NCBI GenBank assembly: GCA_963933835.1
Contig: CAWVVV010000001.1
Span: forward strand, 492,588 to 556,587
Direction of reading: 5' to 3'
DNA: 64,000 nt
Source: an uncultured Puniceicoccaceae bacterium
GTDB lineage: Bacteria; Verrucomicrobiota; Verrucomicrobiia; Opitutales; Oceanipulchritudinaceae
In this document: positions 9,182 to 17,944 of the stretch, piece by piece
How the letters are laid out: every line of letters begins with the position of its first letter
Numbering within the stretch: the first letter of the stretch is position 1
The notes under the pieces: model-generated
Told to the model about the DNA's origin: nothing
What the model saw: only the letters and a program-made list of their open reading frames with translations
Database searches by the model: none
Position numbers and translations under genes: made by a program

Positions 9182-9967
9182 TCAAAGCGAATTCAAATCG
9201 TCTTTTGTTACGGTGTAGTGAGCCGCGCAACGTGGGCAATTTACCGTCGCCGTTGGATCGTTGCCAAATATCTGTTCGGGGTCCTGCTCACAGATTGGGC
9301 GAAGCACCTCTTGGATCTTCTCCAAGCTGCATCCACAAAACCAACGATAGCGGCGGGTCTCGAGAAGATTGCTCTCCTCATTTTCCGACAATCCCGCGAG
9401 AATATCAGTGCTCATCGTCGTGAACCAGCCCTCGTCGTAATCAGGGTGAGCCGTCGCTAGCACGCCCACATCGCCCTCGGGGAAAAACAGCCGCCCGGGG
9501 CGCTGCTCGCTTTGCGCATAAAAACGCTCCACAGGTGCGATCGCTCCCTGCCCCTTGAAATCGACGTAACTGCGATGCAGCGGTTTGTTCGGGCGCTTGA
9601 TTTCCTGATACATCTCACTTTCGCCACCCGGGCGAATACCCGAAGTAAAAAGCCGACCCGCGACCGTCCCTCGCTCAGTGTCGCCGGCAAAAAAAGCACT
9701 ACAAAGCGGATTGGCGAAGCGGATCGTCCAAGCGATGACTTCGTTTTGCGGACGCGATGCACAATGCAGCGTAAAGGCCGCGAGCAATTCCTTGAAGAGT
9801 TGGTCAAATTCGGGTTCGTGGTGAATGCCCTGATCCTTGCAATGCAAGTAGTAGTCCACGTAAAGCGGCGAAAAATCGGCTTCGGAAAGGAGGACATTTC
9901 GATGGCGAACAAAGGTATTTTCCACCGTCACGCCACTTTCTAGAAAAGCTTTATCTTCTGCAGACAT
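9182..9967 (-). CDS. hslO: Hsp33 family redox chaperone
   Basis: QSEQ motif; C-terminal CxC...CxxC (WFCGCS...NCPRC). Confidence 0.8.
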   Translation of the reverse strand: MSAEDKAFLESGVTVENTFVRHRNVLLSEADFSPLYVDYYLHCKDQGIHHEPEFDQLFKELLAAFTLHCASRPQNEVIAWTIRFANPLCSAFFAGDTERGTVAGRLFTSGIRPGGESEMYQEIKRPNKPLHRSYVDFKGQGAIAPVERFYAQSEQRPGRLFFPEGDVGVLATAHPDYDEGWFTTMSTDILAGLSENEESNLLETRRYRWFCGCSLEKIQEVLRPICEQDPEQIFGNDPTATVNCPRCAAHYTVTKDDLNSL

Positions 9968-9998
9968 CTCTTTCTCCAAATCACCCACCCCACGAAGG

Positions 9999-10724
9999 TC
10001 AACTATCGTCCGCAAACTTTCGGATATCGACATAGCTGCCAGAAGCGACCTGCTCGACCAACTTCGGGGCGACATCCCAGAGCCGTAGCCCTACTTCCAC
10101 CCCGTCCGGCATCTGTTCAGTCCCTTTTGCCGCCTTCAAGCGCTCAATCGTCGGATAGCGCTCATCGACTGCCAATGCGGTCAGATAATCCTGCATCTCT
10201 GAATCCACGAGACCCGGTGCCAGAGCTGTAAAATGCGTCTTGGGCAATTCAGCAGCAAAGGATTGCACCCACATATTCAAAGCTGCCTTCGAAATTCCGT
10301 AGGCATTCCAACCGCGATGCCCACTAATAGAGGCGCCCGAAGAAATTGCCACCACCTGTTCAATCTGCGCCCTTCCCTCGAGAAGACTAAGCAACCAGTG
10401 ATTAGCGAAGACATTGACCTCGAAGGTTGCTTTCAAAATGCTCAACGAGGTTGCACGCAGATCGGCGATGGGCGGGAGGATCCCCGCGTTGAGCCAAACC
10501 TGGTCCCACTTGCCCACATCCGCCACCCAGTTCTCAACGGCAGCCGAGGCGTTCTCAGCGTCTGACAAATCTGCTGACAAAAAACGCAAGCGCTCCCTGT
10601 AAACTGAGAATGACTTGTCCGGTGGGCGGCGACTGATCCCCCACACGTTTGCACCCGCCCTGAGTGCCGCGTGAGCCAGCCCCTCTCCAAGCCCTGAACT
10701 GATCCCTGTGATTAATACATTCAC
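9999..10724 (-). CDS. SDR family oxidoreductase
   Basis: ITGISSGLG, NAG, YGISK (YxxxK), PGLVDS; GTG start inferred. Confidence 0.9.
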   Translation of the reverse strand: MNVLITGISSGLGEGLAHAALRAGANVWGISRRPPDKSFSVYRERLRFLSADLSDAENASAAVENWVADVGKWDQVWLNAGILPPIADLRATSLSILKATFEVNVFANHWLLSLLEGRAQIEQVVAISSGASISGHRGWNAYGISKAALNMWVQSFAAELPKTHFTALAPGLVDSEMQDYLTALAVDERYPTIERLKAAKGTEQMPDGVEVGLRLWDVAPKLVEQVASGSYVDIRKFADDS

Positions 10725-10790
10725 GCCGCCAAATGAAGCATTTCCACACAACAAGGCAACCTCGCCGCGTTGCAAAATTTTGCAGAACCA

Positions 10791-11297
10791 TCATTGATGA
10801 TCGATACTTAGAATGACTCGACTTGCCATCCAAAGCTCAACTGTGACATCAACTGGATTCAAATGAGTCGCCGCCAAGCGAGCGGTGCTGTAGCGCTTCT
10901 TGAGCTCAAGGCGACTTTTGAGATATTGAAGGTGCCGCATCCCGACCTTTAAGTTTATCCGCCAATTGTAGGCCTGCTCCCAGGAGTGGTCTGATCGATC
11001 CGACCAAGCCGCATGAGACAGCTGCATCATGCCCCGCGCGTAGTCGGTGTCAGCATGCGCGTTGAGCGTACTCTCAGCGTAGGCAATGTTGAGAACAAAG
11101 GCTGGATCGAGCCCATATTGAGGCGCTTCTCGCTGAATTTCCGCCCAAACGACTTCCTTCGGAATGTAGGCATCTCCCCGACGCGAGCAGGTGAAGAGGA
11201 AAACGAGGCCCAGGAGTCCCGCGAGGGCTAAGAAGAAGTTTCGCCCGTTGATCGCGATGGAGAATGTCGCAGGCAAATCTGAATGATTTTTCTTCAA
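10791..11297 (-). CDS. Lytic transglycosylase (SLT) domain protein, C-terminus possibly truncated
   Basis: YGLDP..IAYAES, ARGMMQL, N+GxxHL; the AAYNxG motif is degenerate. Confidence 0.7.
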   Translation of the reverse strand: MKKNHSDLPATFSIAINGRNFFLALAGLLGLVFLFTCSRRGDAYIPKEVVWAEIQREAPQYGLDPAFVLNIAYAESTLNAHADTDYARGMMQLSHAAWSDRSDHSWEQAYNWRINLKVGMRHLQYLKSRLELKKRYSTARLAATHLNPVDVTVELWMASRVILSIDHQ

Positions 11298-11315
11298 TGA
11301 GATATCACTGGCTCT

Positions 11316-12348
11316 CTACCAGCGGCTCTTTAGATTCCAAAGCTCGCGGCCATCTTTAATCACCTGCGCGAGGACTTCGGGCGTAATGCTCTGCTTCGGA
11401 TCGTCTCCGATTCCATGCCTTGGATTACAGTGGGTTTCGATGATCAGGCCGTCCGCTCCATAAGCTAGCGCTGAGAGGCAGCACGCAGGCACGTATTTCG
11501 CCCGTCCGACGGAGTGTGATGGGTCCACCACAACGGGCGCCCACGTCCGCTCCTTCAGCAGCGGCGTGATCGACTCGTCAGGATGGTTCCGGTAGCCATC
11601 GAGGCCGGGCAAGGTGCCCCTCGGGCAGAGGAGAACATTTGGGTTACCATTCGCCACGAGGTATTCCGCCGCCGCGATAAATTCGTCAACCGGGGCCATC
11701 GCCCGCCCCCGCTTCAGGAGGATGGGGATGCGGTGCTCGCAGGTCGCCCGGCCTATCGCCCCGAGAAGCGAGTAGTTCAATGCGTTGCGCGCACCAATCT
11801 GGATAGCGTCCAACTTTGCCTCCATCGAGAGCTGCAAATGCTCAACCTCCATCACCTCAGCGATGACGGGGAGGCCAGTCTGCGCTCGGGCTTCGAGCAG
11901 GATGTCGAGCGACCGGGCCGCCTTGAAAGGAGTGTGGCGATGTCCTTGGTTTCCAAACGCCACCGCGGATCATATGCGCCCCTGCTTCTTTGACCCCTGC
12001 GGCGGTTTCGAGAAAGTGCTGTGGCTCGTCGGGGTTGATGGTGCACTGCCCAGCGATAAAGAGTGGCTCGGCGCCCATTTTCACCCCCGCTACCTCCATC
12101 GCCTGCGCCCCAAGATCACTACGGCGATCCATCAGCTTATAGACGGAGTCCATCCGATCAACACGATCGACACAGGAGAGCCCAAGGAGGCGGTTGACCA
12201 TCGTCTCACTACGTTCGTCGCCGATGATTGCGTAGATATTCCGACGCGCCCCATGGATGACTTGGATTGAGCACTGAAACTCGCCCACGATGGCTTCGAC
12301 TTCTGTGAGTTCATCCGGTGAAAAAACGGGGGCTTTAGGAATTATCAT
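11316..12348 (-). pseudogene. aroF: DAHP synthase class I-beta with N-terminal regulatory domain, one frameshift near 11920 (real or sequencing error)
   Basis: ORF 11857-12348 gives IAGQC...RGGVWKPRTSPHSFQG; ORF 11316-11963 continues ARSLDIL...QIGARN...LLKRG...DPSHS; span is 3n+1. Confidence 0.85.
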
Positions 12349-12461
12349 AGTTTACTCTACATGAGTGAGCACAGACGGGGAGTAGGTCGAGGCAATTGGA
12401 TCGCTCATAAGTCGCGACAAAGAGTTGCGCCCATCTCACTTAGCCACCCTCTTGTTCCTCT

Positions 12462-13121
12462 ATGTCATCCTCCGAGCATCGCATGCGATTCAACGACAAG
12501 CCACGAGGCTCAACCGTCGTTCTCAACCTGCTGATCGCAAACATCCTCGTCTTCATCCTTCAGCAGATTAGCGCACATCTGGATGTCAGTCTGCTCTACC
12601 AGTATCTCCCGCTCTACAGTCTGGAAACGGGGCTGTTCCGGCCCTGGCAACTGCTCACGTATGGCTTCATGCATGATCCAGGGGGCATCATGCATATCTT
12701 GTTCAATATGATTGTGCTCTGGATGTTTGGCCGAATCCTCGCCGCCGACCTTGGAGAAAAACGGTTTTTAATCTACTTCCTATGCTGCATTGTCGGAGGC
12801 GGACTGGTGCAGCTCTTGATCGCTCCCTTTTTCGGACCCTTTAACGTCGTCCTGGGTGCCTCTGGTGGAACGATGGGCCTGCTCCTCGCCTTCGGATGGC
12901 GCTATCCCACCTTGGAGATCATGCTGCTCTTTCCTCCGATACCGGTGAAGGCACGCAATCTCGTAATTTTCCTCGCCCTCTTTGATGTCGTCGGCGGCAT
13001 CGGCGGCGGGCCGTTCGGCATCGCTCACTTTGCCCACATCGGCGGCTTACTATCGGGTCTGCTCCTGATGGCTTATTGGCGCGGGAAACTACCGCTCAAG
13101 CCCAAGGAAATGCTGCCTTAA
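12462..13121 (+). CDS. Rhomboid intramembrane serine protease
   Basis: PWQLLTYGFMH, HILFNM, GASG, AHFAHIGG. Confidence 0.92.
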   Translation: MSSSEHRMRFNDKPRGSTVVLNLLIANILVFILQQISAHLDVSLLYQYLPLYSLETGLFRPWQLLTYGFMHDPGGIMHILFNMIVLWMFGRILAADLGEKRFLIYFLCCIVGGGLVQLLIAPFFGPFNVVLGASGGTMGLLLAFGWRYPTLEIMLLFPPIPVKARNLVIFLALFDVVGGIGGGPFGIAHFAHIGGLLSGLLLMAYWRGKLPLKPKEMLP

Positions 13122-13132
13122 GGCGCGACTGT

Positions 13133-14263
13133 TTACTTCAGCGGGCGGCCTGTTCGCGAAAAAAGCCAGAGCGCAAAACAAAGCATCAAAACCGTTGGCA
13201 TCGCCGCGACTCCGAAGGCCGAGAGCGTCGAGGGCAGAAGCGCACCCATCGCTTGGGTCGAGCCAAAGTAGACGACGTATAGAGCAATCGCCTTCACGAT
13301 GCCAAAGAGTGGGTTCGCGCGTATAGGACCGATCGCAAACGGCACTGCCAGCCCAATTGCGATGAGGACATCGAGGGGGTTTAGCAGGACGCGCAGGTAG
13401 CGCAGAGTGTACTTCCGCGCCGAGGGGTCATTCGCCTCCTCGAGGGCATTGCGCACCCGCTTAAGCTGCCAAACAGAGAGCTCCTGTGGGCGCTTTTTCA
13501 AATACTGCATCAGCGTCGGGTCTTCTTTCATCTCGAGCATCTCGCGACGCTCAAACCCGATGTTGCGGAGCGCATCGCCTTCAACCGGATCAAACGTCAC
13601 TTCGCGGCCGTTGAGAAAGACCCAGTGCCCGCTCAACTCTTCATAGTAGCCACGGTTGGCAACGATTCGACTGATCTCTGCCCCCGTTTCATCGAAGTTT
13701 GAGACCGTAATTCCGTAGGCGTTGTAGTCGTATTCGCTAAAGAGATTTATAAACCAACGACGGCGGCCTTCAGGGTTGTTGAAGGTCAGATTGGGCACAC
13801 GGCCAATTTCCTCCGGGGATTTATCTTTAGCCTTCTCACCTTCGAAGCGGTAGGCATTCCAAAGTTCATTTGAGCTCTCTTTTGCCCACGGCACAAAGTG
13901 TCCATTGAGCCAGAAGAGCAGCCCTGCCAAGATGACTCCAACAACCCAGCAATAGCGCGTGATACGGGCGGCTGAGAGGCCCGCATTACGCATCGCTACG
14001 ATTTCTAGGCGACGGTGCATCCCAGCCAGCGCCGCCAACGCTGAGATCAAAACCGATAGCGGCAAAACGAGCGGGAAAAACGTTGGGATAATAATCAGGT
14101 AATACTGCAAAATCTCCGATGCCGAAGCGCCAAAGCGGATCAAATCGATCAGGCGGTTCTGCATGTCTGCGACGAGAAACAGCCCCACGAGGGTCGACGC
14201 GGTCAGCAAAAGCATACGCAGCCACTCTGTTAAAACGAGGCGATCTAGACGGGTGAAGTGCAT
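13133..14263 (-). CDS. LptF/LptG family LPS export permease
   Basis: LDR.VL.EW, EIVAMRNAGLS, 3+3 TM helices around a periplasmic domain. Confidence 0.85.
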   Translation of the reverse strand: MHFTRLDRLVLTEWLRMLLLTASTLVGLFLVADMQNRLIDLIRFGASASEILQYYLIIIPTFFPLVLPLSVLISALAALAGMHRRLEIVAMRNAGLSAARITRYCWVVGVILAGLLFWLNGHFVPWAKESSNELWNAYRFEGEKAKDKSPEEIGRVPNLTFNNPEGRRRWFINLFSEYDYNAYGITVSNFDETGAEISRIVANRGYYEELSGHWVFLNGREVTFDPVEGDALRNIGFERREMLEMKEDPTLMQYLKKRPQELSVWQLKRVRNALEEANDPSARKYTLRYLRVLLNPLDVLIAIGLAVPFAIGPIRANPLFGIVKAIALYVVYFGSTQAMGALLPSTLSAFGVAAMPTVLMLCFALWLFSRTGRPLK

Positions 14264-14368
14264 TGAAGAACCATGAGAAGAGCAGGCCGAGGCAGACTGT
14301 CCAAGTGTCTTTTTCATCTACCCATGGGCAACCCTTGACCTCCCATTTCCAGCGCCCACGATTTTTGT

Positions 14369-14827
14369 ATGCGCTGGTTGGAGAAGCATCTTGAGAAGAA
14401 GGCGGAGCCGGAGCTCTGGCAATTCGCCTACGAAGCCTTTTCGCAGACACCGATCACTGATGATCAGGCGGAAACCATCGCGACCGCATGTCAAAGCCCA
14501 GCGCAACTCGCCCTCATGGGGAAACTTCTCGGCGAGAGCCTCATCGAAAAAGAACCACCAAGCGAACGTGTTCGGCTCCTCTTATCTATTGTGGATGAAT
14601 CCGTTGCCTCGCTTGCAGAGTGGATCGCTGCCCTCGAGGGCTTTTATGCATGGCTCAAAGAGGAAGGGCGCTCCACGGGCTTCGGCCTCGCCCTAGGCTA
14701 CATTCACTGCAGCAGCGATGCGATCGCGGGCGGCGCCCCCTTCAGCAATCTCTCCCAAGCCACGGACGAGATGCTCGGCCTCTACGGCTTTGACGGCGAT
14801 TCCGACGCTAAAAACCCGCCCGAATGA
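14369..14827 (+). CDS. Hypothetical protein
   Basis: 152-aa ORF with host-like codon usage filling the gap. Confidence 0.6.
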   Translation: MRWLEKHLEKKAEPELWQFAYEAFSQTPITDDQAETIATACQSPAQLALMGKLLGESLIEKEPPSERVRLLLSIVDESVASLAEWIAALEGFYAWLKEEGRSTGFGLALGYIHCSSDAIAGGAPFSNLSQATDEMLGLYGFDGDSDAKNPPE

Positions 14828-15743
14828 TCGCCTCGTAGCCTGAGGCAAAGGATGGATGTGCAGGCTCCCAATCGAGTTCATCCCTTATTTTTTGCGCCGC
14901 GATGCGACGGTTTGGCGGACGTCCATTGGCGAACAAGCGACGCTGCATTCGCTCCGTCACTAGCTCCGGCGAAAAGACCGGCATCGGCACGTTGAGACGC
15001 TTCGCCGCCCACGCAACGATGTCCTCCTTGAGCGAAGGTGAACCATCGGCAAGATTCCAAACAGTGTAGCCTCGTTTCCGCTTCTCGAGCGCGCGTAGAA
15101 TCGCCCTCGCGGCATCATCCCGGTGAATAAGGTTCAAATAGTAGTCTCCCACTCCGGGAATCTTATCCACGCCCTCGCGTAGCATATCCAAAAGATAATG
15201 ACGGCCCGGACCATAGATGCCTGCTAACCGCATCACGGCACCCGAGGACAGATCGCCTGAGCCGACAGCCTCCGCGATAAGGTCTTCGGTCTCGACCAGC
15301 ACTTCATTCATCGGCGTCGAGGGAGCCGTCGGTCCTTGTTCGTTCAGCCAACCCCCATCCGAATCCGGATAAACGGACGTGCTGCTCGTATAAACCAGGC
15401 AGCGCACCGCACCCTTTTTCGCCCAGTCCAGGAGGCTGGTCATCCCTTCGTAGTAGGATTTCCGATAGCCTTCGACGCCACCGCCACCTGAGCTGACGCA
15501 GTTTACGACCGAGACGCCATCGGCGGAGATCCGATCATGCCACTCCGAAGAATCCAGATCTGCCACAATGACTTCGATGCGATAGGTCGCCTTCAGGCGA
15601 GCTGCCTTATCAGCATTTCGAGTCAGCGCCGTAACCCTCCAGCCTTTCTCCACCGCACCCGCCACAACAGCACTGCCAATGTAGCCACAGCCAACGACGA
15701 AGAGTCGCCCGCCTTCACTGGTTTTGGGTGCACTATCTGACAT
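14808..15743 (-). CDS. NAD-dependent epimerase/atypical SDR (YeeZ-like)
   Basis: [32 protein letters not shown]; start placed at MSDSAPK. Confidence 0.88.
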   Translation of the reverse strand: MSDSAPKTSEGGRLFVVGCGYIGSAVVAGAVEKGWRVTALTRNADKAARLKATYRIEVIVADLDSSEWHDRISADGVSVVNCVSSGGGGVEGYRKSYYEGMTSLLDWAKKGAVRCLVYTSSTSVYPDSDGGWLNEQGPTAPSTPMNEVLVETEDLIAEAVGSGDLSSGAVMRLAGIYGPGRHYLLDMLREGVDKIPGVGDYYLNLIHRDDAARAILRALEKRKRGYTVWNLADGSPSLKEDIVAWAAKRLNVPMPVFSPELVTERMQRRLFANGRPPNRRIAAQKIRDELDWEPAHPSFASGYEAIIRAGF

Positions 15744-15794
15744 GAGCGCAACAAAAGGCTGTTCTTGGCCTTCCGCAATGCTTTGCCTGCCCTT

Positions 15795-16706
15795 ATGACG
15801 ACTCCGCGCTGGGAAGACATCCGCAACTACCTCCAAGGCCTTCAATCCGATTTGATCGGTGAACTCCGCGCGCTGGATCCCGAGGTTGAGTTTCGCGACG
15901 ACCCTTGGGAACGCGAGGCAGGCGGCGGCGGGCGCACACAAGTCATCGGCAATGGGCAGCTCTGGGAAAAAGGAGGGGTCAACTTTTCCGAAGTCTTTGG
16001 ACCCGGCCTCCCGGCTTCCGCCACCAAAGAACGCCCCGAGCTCGCAGGTCGCCCCTTCAAGGCAATGGGAGTCTCGGTCGTCATTCACCCGAAGAACCCC
16101 TACATCCCAACCACGCACATGAACGTGCGCTTCTTTACTACCACTGACGATGAACCGATCTGGTGGTTTGGAGGCGGTTTCGATCTGACGCCCTACTACC
16201 CTTTCGAGGAAGATGCGGTCAGCTGGCACCAGTCTGCCAAAGATGCCTGCGACAAGATCAACCCCAGCCTGTATTCGAAATTCAAGGACACCTGCGACGA
16301 CTATTTCTACTTAAAGCACCGTGATGAAACCCGTGGCGTCGGTGGACTCTTCTTCGACGATTTAAATGAGTTCGGCTTTGAGGAAAGCTTCCGCCTCATG
16401 CGCTCCGTCGGTGACACCTTCTGGCAGGCATACCAACCAATCGTCGAAAAGCGAAAAGAGGCCCACTACGTCGAACGTGAACGCCAATGGCAGCTCTATC
16501 GCCGCGGACGCTATGTCGAGTTCAACCTTCTCTACGACCGCGGAACCCTCTTCGGGCTGCAAAGCGGTGGGCGCACCGAAAGCATCCTCATGAGCCTACC
16601 GCCGCTGGTCCGCTGGGACTACCTCCCAGAGATTGCACCGGACTCGCCCGAAGCAAGTCTCGCAAAAGACTTTCTTAGGCCGCGTGACTGGCTAGGATTG
16701 CAGTAA
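15795..16706 (+). CDS. hemF: Oxygen-dependent coproporphyrinogen III oxidase
   Basis: [44 protein letters not shown]. Confidence 0.96.
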   Translation: MTTPRWEDIRNYLQGLQSDLIGELRALDPEVEFRDDPWEREAGGGGRTQVIGNGQLWEKGGVNFSEVFGPGLPASATKERPELAGRPFKAMGVSVVIHPKNPYIPTTHMNVRFFTTTDDEPIWWFGGGFDLTPYYPFEEDAVSWHQSAKDACDKINPSLYSKFKDTCDDYFYLKHRDETRGVGGLFFDDLNEFGFEESFRLMRSVGDTFWQAYQPIVEKRKEAHYVERERQWQLYRRGRYVEFNLLYDRGTLFGLQSGGRTESILMSLPPLVRWDYLPEIAPDSPEASLAKDFLRPRDWLGLQ

Positions 16707-16716
16707 GCCGATCAAT

Positions 16717-17739
16717 CTACCCCTCCAGCAGATAAGAGCTCAACGTCGTCCCGGCATACCCAACGAGGAGAATAATGCCAAAAGAGCGGCCCAGCTTCTC
16801 TTTCTCGACCCATATACCGACCCGGAAGATCACTAAGAGGATCAACATGCCGGGGAAGAGGAGTCTGAAGAAGCGAGGATCTGCGTTCAGCCCATTCGGA
16901 GTCACTGCCGCACTCAAGCCCGCCACAAAGAGGACATTTAGAATATCGGCTCCGATCACATTGCCTACCGCCAGTTCACCATGGCCGCGCCGAACCGCAT
17001 TCAGTGCGGTCACTAATTCCGGCAAGGACGTGCCAAATGCCACCAGCGTCGCTGCGATGATCGCTTGAGGGATTCCCAAATCAAGCGCGATGACCTCAAT
17101 CGTCGGGATCAAGACATGCGAAGAGCCAACGACTAGAAAGATGCCAAAGCACAAAAGAGCGAGCACGTGCCAGGTCGGTTTCTTCTCATCAACATCCGGA
17201 ACCTCGGTTGCGATGCTCGAGCCCCGCGCTCCGATGACTGAGCCGACGAGATAAACAATCAAGAGCCCAACGAGAACAAAGCCTTCCCACTGCGCTAAAG
17301 TTCCGCCGGTGGACCATGCCGTGCCCGGAGCACTCCAAGGCACGCATAAAAGCACGAGCAAAACGCCTGCGCCGATTTGAATCCATCCTTGCCGGTTAAC
17401 TACCGACTTTTGCAGCGGCAACGGTGAGATCACTGCCGCAAGTCCAAGAATGAGCCCGCAATCCGTGATGATCGAGCCCACAGCGTTGCCGAGCGCGAGG
17501 TCAGGATTGCCGCCGATGGCCGCCATGACCGAAACCGCCGCTTCCGGGAGTGTCGTCCCGAGACTTACAATCGTCGCCCCGATGATCACGGTCGGCACGC
17601 CCCACGCCTTCGAAAGCGTCACTGCTTCCTCGACGAGAAGGTCAGCCCCTTTTGCCAAAACATAGAGCGCTATCGCAAAAATCCCCAAGAGGGCAATCAG
17701 GGGCAACGCATCCAAATTGCTGTGCAACCAAGCTTCCAT
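16717..17739 (-). CDS. Ca2+/Na+ antiporter (YrbG/CaCA family)
   Basis: Alpha repeats GTTLPE...GNAVGS and GTSLPE...GNVIGADILN. Confidence 0.9.
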   Translation of the reverse strand: MEAWLHSNLDALPLIALLGIFAIALYVLAKGADLLVEEAVTLSKAWGVPTVIIGATIVSLGTTLPEAAVSVMAAIGGNPDLALGNAVGSIITDCGLILGLAAVISPLPLQKSVVNRQGWIQIGAGVLLVLLCVPWSAPGTAWSTGGTLAQWEGFVLVGLLIVYLVGSVIGARGSSIATEVPDVDEKKPTWHVLALLCFGIFLVVGSSHVLIPTIEVIALDLGIPQAIIAATLVAFGTSLPELVTALNAVRRGHGELAVGNVIGADILNVLFVAGLSAAVTPNGLNADPRFFRLLFPGMLILLVIFRVGIWVEKEKLGRSFGIILLVGYAGTTLSSYLLEG

Positions 17740-17944
17740 TCGTAGCTCGAAACCACACCGCCGGCGCTGAGACTAGCAAGCGAATTGAAGTCATCCGACT
17801 CCATTCTGGTCGTTTTCGGGCCTCTTTCAGCCTGATTTGAGACAATCCACCCGCTGAGACCTGAAACACTTGACTTGGTCAACCCGCTGAGCATTTTCGG
17901 CGCCTTCATCGCGCGCGGGGACAGCCCCGTGCATCGAGAGAGCC

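Noticed and set aside
15744..16229. Long N-terminal extension of the epimerase ORF
   Set aside because: Overlaps hemF antisense; the Rossmann motif begins just after ATG 15743.
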